In this document: in pieces, positions 24,820 through 37,719 of the stretch | Position numbering within the stretch: position 1 is the stretch's first letter | How the letters are laid out: each line of letters begins with the position of its first letter | From: Octopus vulgaris | Lineage: Eukaryota | Direction of reading: 5' to 3' | Length of the DNA stretch: 64,000 bases | Assembly: GCA_951406725.2 (NCBI GenBank) | Contig: OX597824.1 | Coordinates: forward strand, 72,168,001 to 72,232,000 | Position numbers and translations under genes: made by a program | Notes under the pieces: model-generated | Databases searched by the model: none | Seen by the model: only the letters and a program-made list of their open reading frames with translations | What the model was told of the DNA's origin: nothing

Positions 24820-25263
24820 GACTAGCTATTTTGACCAATGCTTCACTCAGATTTTGGTGTTGGTGGTGTTTTGTGCAAATCTAAAAATAGGGAAAAAATG
24901 TACTCTTTTTAAAAGTTGAAAAATTTTGCCCGCCTTTCCAAAATCCCCCAAATTTTTACACCCACAATTAAAGATAACCGCCTCTAGCCCCTGCAGCAGT
25001 ACGAAAAGCCACCATTATTCAAACAGCGCAGCCTGTCTATCCCATAAAACTCAATTTTTCCCATATTCTTCACCATGGCAACCAAACGGTAGCGACTTGC
25101 AACCCTCCTCACGCCATTGCCCACCCCATTTTACCCCCCAGTGTAAATTTTGGTGCCAATCCGACCCCATCAATTGCCACCGAAATGCCACCCGTTCCCA
25201 TACCAAAATGAGACAAATAACCAAGAAATCAAACACCTTTTTCACATTTCAGCTTTATAGATA
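24820..25263 (+). mobile_element. Probable non-autonomous Helitron/Helentron (DINE-1/HINE-like)
   Basis: 5' ACTAGCT....GACC..TGCTTCACTC, internal GTGTAAATTTTGGTGCCAATCCG, 3' CACATTTCAGCTTTATAGATA. Resembles rolling-circle non-autonomous elements. Confidence 0.5.
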
Positions 25264-25521
25264 TTGATGATGATGATGATGACTATGATGATGGTGGTAA
25301 CAATGATGAAGATAATAGTTATAGTATGTATTTGCGAGTGTGAGGTTGGGCATGCACCACCCAGTTTGCTATCTGACCTCTACTGGTCTTCAGACTCCAT
25401 TATCTCTCTTTCTATCTCTCTCTCGCTCTCTCATGTTATTGTTATTTTGTGTTTTCTGTGTTTGTCTTTAATCTACAATCTAATGCACATCGATACCTAA
25501 ACAGTCTTGTCACATCTTTAG

Positions 25522-25551
25522 GTCAACATACGAAGCTCCATCTGGGAAAAA
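25522..25551 (+). other. Candidate 30-nt symmetric (phase 2-2) microexon; alternative acceptor at 25505 gives 47 nt
   Basis: CTTTAG|G TCA ACA TAC GAA GCT CCA TCT GGG AAA AA|GTGAGT. Open in the frame of the flanking exons (K-STYEAPSGK); ~110-nt AG-free tract upstream of 25503. Confidence 0.5.
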
Positions 25552-26222
25552 GTGAGTATATACACACGCATTTATGTAATGTAGTATACATGTACCTGCT
25601 GTTGAAATGAAGCATTGTTCTCTATGGAATGCTGTCTCTTCCCCTGCCACATCACTTTATACCATCTCCTGTTATACCATCACTACCACCACCACCATCT
25701 CCATTTCTTGTGCCATAGTAACAGTACCATACAGTATCATATTCACTGTTATCAAATCAACATCTCCTGCCACCATCAACAATAAAACTATTCAGTGGAT
25801 GCAGGTATGGCTGTGTGGTTAAGAAGCTCACATTGCAACCACCTGGTCTCGGGTTCAGTCCCACTGCACAACACCTTGGCTAAGTGTCTTTCACTATAAC
25901 CCTAGGCTGACCAATGCCTTCTCAGTGAATTTGGTAGTCAGAAGCTATGAGGAAGCCCATCATATACATACATACAAACATGTCTGTTTGTCTGTCTATT
26001 TGCTGTGCTCTTCCTCTTTGCTTATCAGTTGACTACCAATGTTGGTACCAGTACCTAATATGAACATAATGGCTTCTCAGTACCCTACAGACTCAGCTAT
26101 CCACAATCTTTCTTTCATTAATTACATGCACACACACACTAATATTCATCTTATATTACACACCATTTTTCATTTTCAAACTGTAAAATGTGTGTGCGTG
26201 TGCAAACACACACACACACATG

Positions 26223-26261
<39 letters not shown>

Positions 26262-26467
26262 TTCTTTCTGTTCATTGGTTATTTCTTATTAGATTGTCAA
26301 ATCCTTTATTAATTAGCCCTATATTTTCACCTCATCCTTTTCTACCCCATTCACCGCAAAGACAAACCTGTCTTGAATTCATTACAATATTTTTTACCAC
26401 CACCCACCACCACCATGTCACCCATTCTCTGCATCTTGGTTCTCTTGACCAAAGCTGATTCTTTTAG

Positions 26468-26523
26468 TAAGAAGTATTGTCCTGCTGAATGTAGAAGTAT
26501 ATTGTTTGCCTCTGATGGAGCAT
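26468..26523 (+). other. Candidate 56-nt cassette exon (phase 2 to 1)
   Basis: TTCTTTTAG|T AAG AAG TAT...GGA GCA T|GTAAGC; open as KKYCPAECRSILFASDGA. Confidence 0.3.
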
Positions 26524-26759
26524 GTAAGCATGATAGTTGGTGCTATCCTTCCTTCTTTGTTTTACCCATTAGTCATGATATATATATATGTGTGTCTCTG
26601 TGTTATGTTTAAGTGAAATGATTTCTGCTTGGTCTGGAGTTTTTGTAGTTGTTGTAGATTTAGAAGTGTTCTTGTAGTTTTTCTTTTTGTGTTTTTATAT
26701 TTATTTTCAGTATTTAAAATGTTGCTTGCTTTCTGTATGCGAGTGCATGTGTGTGTGTG

Positions 26760-26795
<36 letters not shown>

Positions 26796-26848
26796 TATAT
26801 AACGGCGGCGCATCAGCATGGCCGCAGCTCTGAGCTGAAACTAGGAAA

Positions 26849-26896
<48 letters not shown>

Positions 26897-26943
26897 TATT
26901 TTACTTGTTTCAGTCATTTGACTGTGGCCATGCTGGAGCACCA

Positions 26944-27001
<58 letters not shown>

Positions 27002-27105
27002 TGCATATATGTATGTATATATGTGTATTTGAATATATGTACTTACCAGGCAAGTGATTTGATCTGAGACTGTGTTCTGTATGTATATATGAATTGCATT
27101 TTTAC

Positions 27106-27450
27106 AGGTGTGCCTGTATGGTAACCTTATGGTTCTAGGTTCAGTCACACTGCATGGCACCTTGGGCAGGTGTCTTCTACTATAGCCTTGGGTCAACCAA
27201 AGCCTTGTGAGTGGATTTGGTAGAAGGAAACTGAAAAGATGCTCATTTTGTGTGTGTGTGTGTCCCACTACCACTTGACAACCGGTGTTGGTATGTTTAC
27301 ATCCCCATAACTTATTGGTTTGGCAAAAGAAACCAATAGAATAAGTACCAGGCTTTGGAAAAAAAAACGTAACAAGCGGTGTTGATTCATTCAACTAAAT
27401 GTTCTCCAAGGTTGCAGTCTCTTGACTGAAACAAGAAAAAAAAGGGAAAA
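27106..27450 (+). mobile_element. SINE family A
   Basis: Head, CCTTGGGCAGGTGTCTTCTACTATAGCC, and body/tail motifs. Confidence 0.8.
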
Positions 27451-27849
27451 GATGTAATTTATGTAATTTATGTGTGTGCATGTGCACACATATATATTTC
27501 TACACACACACAAATGTGTGTGTGTTTATGGGTACACAGGTGTGTATATTGTTGTGATGATGGTGCCCTGGGCAGTTAATATGGTATTGGCTGGTGAAAG
27601 ATTTTCAACTATGAAGGACTATGAGAATTGAGTGAAGCATATGGATGGCAAGCAAGGTGTGGATTTGTGCCTAAATCCACTTATGTCCTACCTTGTTGAA
27701 ATCAAGCTTAGGAAGCACAGCAAAGCAGTGATTTACGAGGTAGAGAAGGAAACTGGAAATGCTTCAGCATGGACACACCATGTACTTGTGAGAGGAAAAC
27801 TAACATTGAGAACAGAAAGCAAATCCTCAGACAGTGTTAAAACAGAATA

Positions 27850-28262
27850 GCGGTGGCAAACTGGCAGAAATGTTAGCACGCCGGGCAAGATGCTTAGCGG
27901 GTATTTTGTTTGTCACTACATTTTGAGTTCAAATTCCACCAAGGTCAACTTTGCCTTTCATCCTTTCAGGGTCGATTAAATAAGTACCAGTTACGCACTG
28001 GGAGTTGATATAATCGACTTAATCCGTTTGTCTGTCCTTGTTTGTCCCCTCTGTGTGTAGCCCCTTGTGGGCAGTAAAGAAATAGATATTTCATTTGCCA
28101 TTATGTTCTGAGTTCAAATTCCACCGAGGTCGACTTTGCCTTTCGTCTTTTCAAGGTCGATAAATTAAGTACCAGTAATGCACTGGGGTCGATGTAATCG
28201 ACATAATCCCTTTGTCTGTCCTTGTTTGTCCCCTCTATGTTTAGCCCCTTGTGGGCAAAGAA
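27850..28262 (+). mobile_element. Dimeric SINE family B
   Basis: Same two-unit structure and unit-specific variants as 16661-17078. Confidence 0.85.
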
Positions 28263-28485
28263 AAAAAAAAGAATAGCTGCTGCATGGTTGGAGCAGATGC
28301 TGTTGCATCAGCTTGGTGCAGTGGTTACATGGATGATGAGGGAGAAAGTGTACTACATTGTGGAGCCTGGTAACCGCAATATTTTTGGTAGCAACAATGT
28401 GGCTCAAAATAGCAATGTTGTTAAAATTTGCTGAAATCATTATGAAATCCAACATTCTGTAATACAAACTGCCCAAATGTCTCAT

Positions 28486-28558
<73 letters not shown>

Positions 28559-28658
28559 TCTCAAGAACCACTGGATGGATTCGGATGAAACTATATATAT
28601 AGTCCAACCCATGCTAGCATGGAAAACGGACGCTAAACGATGATGATGATGATGATGA

Positions 28659-28693
<35 letters not shown>

Positions 28694-29857
28694 CACAGAC
28701 ATAGCTGTAGAGTTAAGAAGTTTGCTTTGGGTAAAAGAAAATAGAGGAGGATCAGTTAATTATGATTTTATTCAACATATTCCTCTCTCAGGTTCACACA
28801 CTTATTACTGTATCCCTTCAGTTTTTCTAAGCCCTGTAAAAGAACTCAGAAGGTTGGGCCTTCAACCATGCCTTTCACAATGCCCTCAAAATCAGGAACT
28901 TTTCAGCACCACCTTGTACGCCCTTCCTAACACCTGCATTTTTACAAAGTGCTCTCTGTAATTTTTTTTTACCACCAGCACTTGTGAAGTCACCGTGTAA
29001 CTTGCAAGACAAGAAAAGAATGAGGAAAAGGAAAAAGTTTTCCCTTTGACTAAATGAGAAATGAGTATTTGAGAGATGGAAGGCAATGGTTTTGTTCATA
29101 AGTGTGAAACTCTAGACCTTGGAGTAACTAACTCCTGCAGTATTCTCAACAAATAAAAGATTGAATATTAATAATTTATTTTGACATTTTTAGGTTTGTA
29201 CATTTTGAAAATTTCTATTATTTGGTAGTATCTCTGTATGACAAGTATTATCTTTGTGATATATTACTAAATGACTTTTATTGACTTGGTAATATATTTG
29301 CATGCTTGCTTTTCATTTTGCAATGGAATTTTTAGATGACACTCTACATATCTTCAGAATAATCTTTCTATAATCAGTCATTAGTTGAACATTTATCTCT
29401 ATGTGCTGTCTCAATTGTAAAAGAGGTGAAAAAGACACACTGAAGTACTCGCTTTATAAAAAGCCTTAACCTGTACAAATTCTATAAACTTGAACAGTAT
29501 TACAAGGATACAGTAGATAAGGGAATTCAGTATGTGCAATTAATTTTTGAAGCAAAGAGGTTGTCATTGCCATATGGTTTTATATCAGTAACCATCATAG
29601 TAATAATAATAATCATGATGATGGTGATGATGATTTCAGATTTTGGCACAAAGCCAGCAAGTTCAGGGAAGGGGTTATGTCGGTTACATCAACCCCAGTA
29701 CTCAACTCATACGTATTTTATCAACCTAAAAGAATGAAAGGCAAAGTTGACCATGGCAGAATTTGAACCTAGAACATAAAAACATGAAATGCTGCTAAGC
29801 ATTTTGCTCAGCATGCTAATGATTCTGCCAGCTCATTATCTTAATAATAATACTAAT

Positions 29858-29890
<33 letters not shown>

Positions 29891-30330
29891 TGTTTCTTTA
29901 TTGGTCACAAGGGTCGAACACAAAACAAATAGGGACAATACAAAACTAGGGACGTGTGGAGTTTAACACAAAAATCGAGTAAACAATAAAATAACAAAGA
30001 CAATAATACAATTAAACAATAAAATTCCCCTAAAGTGGGGAGTTCCTCAAAGGGAAAACCGAGGAACCCTACACATTCTGGTTATCTCGACTGCCAGATG
30101 CACCTCAGCAGACACCTCTCTCTCTCCTTCTCTGCTCCTCTGGTTTACAAATGAAAGTTCAGAGTAGGCCCATTCACACAGGCCATCCTCACCACATTCA
30201 CCCACCTTTCAACAAATTTACTTGGGGTACAGAACTTCCCTCTCTACTCTCACTTTTCTTTTCAAGTGGAAGTTGAAAAAGTCAATGAGGGCTTGACTGA
30301 GCATGAAAGTATCTGTCTTCAGTCCTTTCA
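29891..30330 (-). mobile_element. L1/Tx1-like LINE 3' end inserted in (AAT)n
   Basis: Minus-strand remnant ALIDFFNFHLKRKVRVEREV...KFVERWVNVVRMACVNGPTLNFHL*, 3'UTR with AATAAA, (AAT)n on both sides. Clade assigned by resemblance only. Confidence 0.55.
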
Positions 30331-30820
30331 ATAATAATAATAATAATAATGATGATAATAATAATAATAATAATAATAATCCATTCTACTATAGGCACAA
30401 GGCCTGAAACTTTGGAGGAGAGTGCTGGTCAAATACATCCACGGTGTTCAGCTGGAACTTACTTAATCAACCTTGAAAGGGATGAAAGGCAAATCAGCCT
30501 TAGTGAAATTTAAACTCGGAACATAAAGACATGGAATGCTGTTAAGCATTTTGTCCTGTGTACTAATGATTCTGACAGCTCACTGCCTTTAGTATCAAAT
30601 TTTGGCACAAGGCCAGTTGTTTTAGGAGGAAGGAAGGGCTTCGATCCCAGTACTTGACTGGTACTCTATTTTGTCTACTCTGAAAGGATAAGACAAAGTT
30701 GATCTTGACAGGATTTGAACTCACAATGTAAAGAGGTAGAAAAAAATGCTGCTAAGTATTTTGTCTAACATGTTAATGAGCCTGCCAATTCACTACTATA
30801 ATAATAATAATAATAATAAT

Positions 30821-31187
30821 AAACAAGAGCACTCAGAAAGCACAAGCCTCTGCCAAGGCAACACTAACATCCTCTCAATGATTAGCCAGAGATGATTTTT
30901 GAAATGAGAATATCTGAAATAAACTCGACTGTTCTCACAAATGAGAATACTAAAAATGAACCTGACTGCTCTCAAAAATTAAGTAGAAAAACCAGAAAAA
31001 TAATCCAGAATCCTTATCTGGTACTGGATTGATCCCAAAATCTAATTAGTTCATGCCTGTTACAAGGCCAAACATCTCTGAAAGTTTCATCCGAATCCAT
31101 CCAGTGGTTCTTGAGATATCTTGTCCATGGACAAACAAACAAACACAACTGAAAACAATACCACTGCCTTCGTTTTAGGTGGAGGTA
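30821..31187 (+). mobile_element. Non-autonomous Helentron-type element
   Basis: 5' AACAAGAGCACTCAGA...CCTCTGCCAAGG and 3' AAAACAATACC..GCCTTCG...AGGTGGAGGTAA hairpin/subterminal repeat. Fragments also at 5433-5467, 28555-28592 (-) and 32248-32349. Confidence 0.6.
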
Positions 31188-33096
31188 ATAATAGTAACAA
31201 TCCTTTCTATTATAAACACAAGGCCTGAAGTTTGGTTGGATAGGGCTAAGAGATTATATCAATCCCAGTGCTTAACCGATACTTATTTCATGTACCTCAA
31301 AAAGATGAAAGGGAAAATTGACCTCGGCAGGATTTGAACTCAGAATATATAGACGGATGAAATGCTGCTAAGCATTTTGCCTAGCATATGATTCTGCCAG
31401 TTCACTGCCTTAGTAATAATGATAATAATAATAATCCTTTCTACTAAAGGCACAGTGGCTGAAATTTTGGGCGAAGGAACTGATCAATTACATCGACCAC
31501 AATGTTTCACTGGTACTTAATCTATTGACCCCAAAAGGATGAAAGGCAAAGTTGACCCCAGTGGAATTTGAACTCAGAACATAGCGATGGGAAAATACTG
31601 CTAAGCATTTCATCCAGTGTGTGGTATTTCACTTGTCACTATGTTCTGAGTTCAAATTCAGAACATAGCAACTGGCAAAATACTGCACACTGGACGAAAT
31701 GCTTAGTGGTATTTTGCCTGTCGCTACATTCTGAGTTCAAATTAATAATGATAATAATAATAAAGATGATGATGATGATGATTTAAAATTTTGGCAGCAG
31801 GCCAGCAATTTTGGGGAGGTGATAAGTTGATTGCATTGACCCCAGTTCTCAGCTGGTACTTATTTTATCAACCCCAAAAAGATGAAAGGCAAAGCTGATT
31901 TCAGTGGAATTTGAACTCAGAGTGTAAAGACAAACGAAATGTCGTTAAGCATTTTGCTTGACATGCTAATGATTATACTAGCTCATCACCTTAATAAATA
32001 AAAAAAAAAAAAAAATAATAATGATAATAATTCTTTCTACTATAAGGGAGGGCTTTGATCCCAGTACTTGACTGGTACTCTATTTTGTCAACTCTGAAAG
32101 GATAAAAGACAAAGTTGATCTTGACAGGATTTGAACTCACAATGTAAAAAAGGTAGAAAAAAATGCTGCTAAGTATTTTGTCTAACGTGCTAATGAGCCT
32201 GCCAATTCACTACCAATAATAATAATAATAATAATAATAATAATTATAAACAAGAGCACTCAGAAAGTGCAAGCCTCTGCCAAGGCAACACCAATGTCCT
32301 CTCAACGATTAGCCAGAGATGATTTTCAAAATGAGAATATCTGAAATAATTTATTTATTCATTTTGTATATCATGGTCTACTTTGTCTGATGAAATTACA
32401 TTGGCGCCAGTATTTTACTGGTGCCTAATTTGTCAACCCTATAAAGATGAAATGCAAAGTTGACCTCAGCAGAATTTGAACTCAGAATGTGAAGATGGAC
32501 AAAATGCCGCTAAGCATTTCACTCGGCATGCTAATGAATACTATTATTATTATTATTTCTGATTCAGGTACAAGACCAATGATAATGATAAGAAGAACAA
32601 TAATCTTTAATAAGTCTTATGTGCCTTGCTACATAGAAATGTGTACCTGGCTCTGTTTAATGAGAAACTTGTGACTCTCAAAAAAAAAAATAATAAATAA
32701 TAAGAAAGATAACTAAATAAATAAATAAATGTCTTTAAACTTGAGTTTTAGGACATACCATAGCTTTTAGTCATAGGGAACACTTTTGTTTGTCAACCAA
32801 CAATCACCACTATAAACATTTTGTGTACTACTCACACACACTCATATATCTATCTATCTACCTACCTATCTATCTATCTATCTATCTATCTCTCAACAAT
32901 ATTCTCTCTCTCTCTCTCAACAATATTAATAATAAGGATTACTACTTTCAGCTATATATTTCAGGACGATAGTTTTTACACAAGGAAAAATATTTTTTTA
33001 GTATTATTCTTATTCTATTTAATATTTTTTCGGTCATGTTTTTCTTTTTGCCTCTATATTTTGATATTCCTAATCCACCCCCCACCCCCATCCTAG

Positions 33097-33124
33097 TCAC
33101 AAGTGTCCTTCAATCGAGTGAGAG
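33097..33124 (+). other. Candidate 28-nt microexon (phase 1 to 2; stop if entered in phase 2)
   Basis: ~94-nt AG-free tract, CCTAAT branch-like motif at 33069-33074, CCTAG acceptor, strong GAG|GTAAGC donor. Confidence 0.4.
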
Positions 33125-33161
33125 GTAAGCTCTCAGTAGGCTGGTTCTTTTTTTTTAACGT

Positions 33162-33583
33162 TACTCTCTTTTACTCTTTTACTTGTTTCAGTCATTTGAC
33201 TGTGGTCATGCTGGTGCACCGCCTTTAGTCGACCAAATCGACCCCGGAACTTATTCTTTGTAAGCCCAGTACTTATTCTATCGGTCTCTTTTGCCGAACC
33301 GCTAAGTGACAAGGACATAAACACACCAGCATCGGTTGTCAAGCAATGCTAGGGGGACAAACACAGACACACAAACATATACACACAGATACATACATAT
33401 ATATATACACACATATATATTACAGGCTTCTTTCAGTTTCCGTCTACCAAATCCACTCACAAGGCATTGGTCGGCCTGAGGCTATAGCAGAAGACACTTG
33501 CCCAAGATGCCACGCAGTGGGACTGAACCCGGAACCATGTGGTTGGTAAGCAAGCTACTTACCACACAGCCACTCCTGTGCCT
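33162..33583 (-). mobile_element. Full-length young SINE family A
   Basis: Nearly identical to 49101-49534 in inverted orientation. Confidence 0.9.
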
Positions 33584-33729
33584 ATATAGTTTCAATTTCT
33601 GTTTGATTCCACATTACCTACTCTTAACTTAATATGTTTGGAAAATGCATCAACTTCTCAGAATCTCATTTTCCCTACACCTGTAAAATTGTCTTTGATT
33701 CTTGTGGAAAATCGAAAAACAACGTTTAT

Positions 33730-33965
33730 TGTTGTTGTTTAACCCCGGGTTGGTTATGAGGAAGCAGACCTATGACTAAAAGCATTCTAGCCATGACAGT
33801 CACTGTTTTTCTCTATTTTGTTTGTTTGTTTATTTATTCATTTTGTATATCATGGTCTACATTGTCTGATGTGTCCTTTCTTTTCTTTAAAAAAAAAAAA
33901 TTATGTATGGCTTGACAGAAGTTTGGCTATTGTCTCTAGCAGTTGGAGCAACTGAGTAGAGCACT
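33730..33965 (-). mobile_element. Old dispersed repeat (family F, (AAC)n tail)
   Basis: GTTTAACCCC.GGT...GCAGACCTATGA.CAAA.GCATTC.AGCC...TTTGGCT..T.T.TCTAG. Related copies near 38.7, 39.6, 42.1, 42.3, 43.1, 45.3 and 45.9 kb. Confidence 0.55.
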
Positions 33966-34181
33966 CATGAGCAAACTGTGGCCCATGGGGCACATACAGC
34001 CCCCTGACACTTTCTGAATGGCATGCCTAATAAAAAAAATTACCTTACAAACACACACACATACATACATAGAGGGCATGATGACCTCTTGTGGTGGTAC
34101 CATGATAAAATGCACCTACTACACTTTGTAAAATGATTGGGGCTGAGAGAGTCATCTAGTTTTAAAAACTATACCAAAAAT

Positions 34182-34570
34182 AGGTGCAGGCATGGCTATA
34201 AGGTAAGAAGCTTGCTTTCCAACCATATGGTTCTGGGTTTCAGTTCCACTGCATGGCACCTTGGGCAAGTGTCTTCTACTATAGCCTCAGGCTGACCAAA
34301 TCCTTGTGACTGGATTTGGTAGTTGGAAACTGAAAGAAGCTTGTTGTATATGTGTGTGTGTGGTGTGTTTGTGTCTGTTCTTGCACTGCCACTTGACAAC
34401 CAGTGTTGGTGTGTTTATGTTCCCATAGCAAAGCAGTTCAGCAACTGTCTGATAGAATAAGTACTGGGCTTTAAAAATGAGAAGTACTGGGCTCGATTCA
34501 TGCAACTTAAAACTCTTCAAGCCGGTACTCCAGCATGGCCGCAGTTTAATGACTGAAGTGAGTAAGAGAT
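34182..34570 (+). mobile_element. SINE family A
   Basis: Full head/body/tail; head-to-head with 33162-33583. Confidence 0.85.
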
Positions 34571-34912
34571 ACCTGGTGTAGAGACTACTTTATTGGCTTG
34601 TGAAGTATGTGTTGGTGTGAGATAGAGTTGATGCATGATATATTGTCTTTATGTTGCTACAAGTCAGTCTTGATCAAGCATATCTATGATCAAAAGTGTT
34701 CCAGACATGACCAACCCATAATTTTGTATTATAAAGATTGTTGTTCTACAGGTAGGTGGTGGAAAGGTGCATGTAAGAAAGACGAAGACAAGGGTTGTAA
34801 AACCAGTTTGAGTAACATTAAAAAATATAATTAGTATTCACATAATTAGTTTTAGTTATTTTTGCTTTCATGATTGTTATTATTATTATTTATTGTTGTT
34901 GTTGTTGTTATT

Positions 34913-35183
34913 AAAGCGGCAAGCTGGTAGAATTGTTAGCAAGCTGGACAAAATGCCTAGTGGTATTTCATCTGCTGCTATGTTCTGAGTTCAAATTCCG
35001 CCAAGGTCGACTTTGCTTTCATCCTTTCAGGGTCAATTAAATAAGTACCAGTTACAAACTGGGGTTGATGTATTTGACTTAATCTTTTCCCTCAAATTTG
35101 AGGCCTTGTTCATCCACTAGAAAGGATTATTATTATTATCATTATTATTATTATTATCATTATTATTATTATTATTATCATTA

Positions 35184-35218
<35 letters not shown>

Positions 35219-35452
35219 ATTATGATTATCATTATTAAGGTGGCAAGCTGGCAGAATCGTTAGCACACTGGGCAAAATGCTTAGTGGCATTTTATCCATC
35301 TTTATGTTCTAAGTTTAAAATTTGCCATGGGCAACTTTGCTTTTCATCTTTTCAGGATCGATAAAATGAGTAAAAGTCAAGAACTGGAATCAATGTTATT
35401 GACTGGCCCTCTCCTCTAAAATTTCACGCTTGTGCCTATAGTAGAAAGGATT
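34913..35452 (+). mobile_element. Two family B SINEs separated by a long (ATT)n
   Basis: B motifs with TAGAAAGGATTATT tails. Confidence 0.8.
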
Positions 35453-35899
35453 GTTATTATTATTGTTGTTGTTATTTGATAGTGGATTGGTTGAATCATT
35501 AAAGCTTCGGACAAAATGCCTTGTGGTATTTAGTTATCACCCTTTGCATTTTGAATTTAAATCCCAGCAAAGTCAACTTGGCATTTCGTCCTCCTTCTGA
35601 GATTGATAATATAAAGTATCAATCAAGTACTGCAGTCAATTTAACTGGCTAACCCTTTTGTCCCCTCAACATTTTTGATCTTGTGCTTATGATTATCACT
35701 CTTTTTGTTAAGAGAGTGAAAGTGCAAAATGGTAGAATGTAAGATTATATGCATTTCAATTTTTAGTTTCACTCCTCAATATTCTCATTTCAAATTCTCA
35801 TTTCAAATCCTAGCAAACCTCTGGTATTGGTAAAATGAATACCAATCGTGAACTGACATTGAATATATTATCTGTAGCCTTCGTCCATAAATTTGTAAA

Positions 35900-36600
35900 G
35901 TCTCACAAACAGTTGGTACTGAGAACCCTGTCTGTATACATGGACAATGTCACTGTGATCAGAAATCATGGGGTTGTTAGCATTCTGAAGGAATAACAGG
36001 AATAAGCATTAACTGGGACTAATTGGTAGGCATGCAACTCAATATCTGGAGTGGAAAGTCTATGTGGGATGGTGATATCTTTAGGCAGAACTATCTTAAG
36101 CACAATGGGCAGTCGTCTGGGGTTGCCATGGATCTAGGGGCCCAATGCTAAAGTATGTATACTGTAGTGTACTTGTAGGGTGTATGAGCCCCACTATGTG
36201 TGTGTAGGAACCCCACTATGTTACTTTGCCCAGGAGGCCTATAATGAGTGTCCACTTAAGGTGTTTTGGGTCTGGTTCAGACTGGAAAATCAAGTGAAAA
36301 TCTGGGATGAGATCATGAGGAGGGTGGTCAGTCGTACTTGGAAATGAATTAAGAGAAAGCTGTCTCTGAAAGGCTGGATAGAAGTAGTCTATTTAATCTT
36401 TAACCTCTACACTGTTTGAGTGCTATATTGTCATCTAACTAGCATGCCTTGTACCCAAAAAATAGCTGACCAAATTGGAGCATATGCTCTTTCAACTAGT
36501 AGAAGGGATGCCAACTATTTGAGGATCATGGAATTACATGGCTGATGATACACAGATTCACACTGAAGCAGACGGAACCCCAGAGATTCCTTGATGATGA
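35900..36600 (+). mobile_element. Degenerate L1/Tx1-like RT fragment
   Basis: YMDNVTVI (YADD-like) near 35935 and VWFRLENQVKIWDEI...W..KRKLSLKG near 36270-36375. Confidence 0.55.
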
Positions 36601-37719
36601 CAGCAGTGCAAAGGTGCAGTTGTCATTAACATGACATGTATTTTTGCACAGTTCATTTCTTTGACTAAGCTGCAGTTCTAGGTGTAAGTACTAGTCAAGT
36701 GCTAGAGTCAATGTAATGAATATTATTGGACTTGTGCCAAAATTTGAAACCATTATTATCATTATGATAATCAATTCTCCTGCATGGTTCTATGACTTCC
36801 ACCACTGCTTCTGTAATTAGTGTTTTTAGTGTCCTCTCAGAAACAGAAGTGTTTGAGAATAGACTGTATTTTTTTTTTTTAAGACAATACTGGATTTTAA
36901 TGCCTATGTAACATCTCAGTTTCACCAAGAAAATCTTACACCACCTCGTCTCCCGCCAACATATTAAGCTTCCTGTTGAATTATTTCTGGAATTAGCCAT
37001 TTAAAACCTAACTAATCATTTGCTTTTCTTTCATGGCATTTTTTTCCAGTGAGGTGATTGGTTGTGTAATTTTATTTCTTATTCTTTCTAAAATGTTTGT
37101 TATATTACCCTCTTGACTCTTAACTTTGTTTTCTATGGTTTGACAGAGTGTATGTACATAAGGCAATACAACACAGCATGGAGCAGGTGGTGCATTTTCA
37201 TGCGCCACTGGTTTTCAGATTGCGATAACAAAAATAGGGAATAAATCCTGTCCTCTACTATTACTAATACCACTTATGGTGAAGGTGACGATGATGATGA
37301 TATTTAGTATTTCGTAACCTGTTTGTCTACCTTCTTTGCTTGTTTAAAATTTACAACCACCCACTCTGCAATAATAGTTAAACTAAATAAAAGGAAGAAT
37401 GTAATATTGTCATACACTTGGTATGTTGCAGTGAGAATAAGGTAATAATGTCATGAAATGGCAATGGCTTACAATCATTTCATTTTATGACAAGATAGCA
37501 AGATGTCTTAATGATAATGTTTTAAGTTAATTGCCATCTTGTGACAAGAAGACAATGTCCTACCATGAGATAGCAACATCTTGTCATAAATTAGTAAGAC
37601 TTGTCATATGTTAGTTGGCAACATACTGTGATATTTTTTACAATAAGTTGAAATCATACTATATTAAACTGCCTTTATGTTGTTCATGTTGCATACATCT
37701 GACATTAAGTTATGTACTA

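Larger units (their letters stand above)
29636..32540 (-). mobile_element. Dense cluster of about eight family B SINEs in (AAT)n with nested elements
   Basis: Repeated B bodies separated by (AAT)n; contains the LINE at 29891-30330 and the Helentron at 30821-31187. Confidence 0.8.

Noticed and set aside
29636-32540. Repeat-spacer-like periodicity
   Set aside because: ~200-bp diverged SINEs between microsatellites in a eukaryote; not CRISPR.
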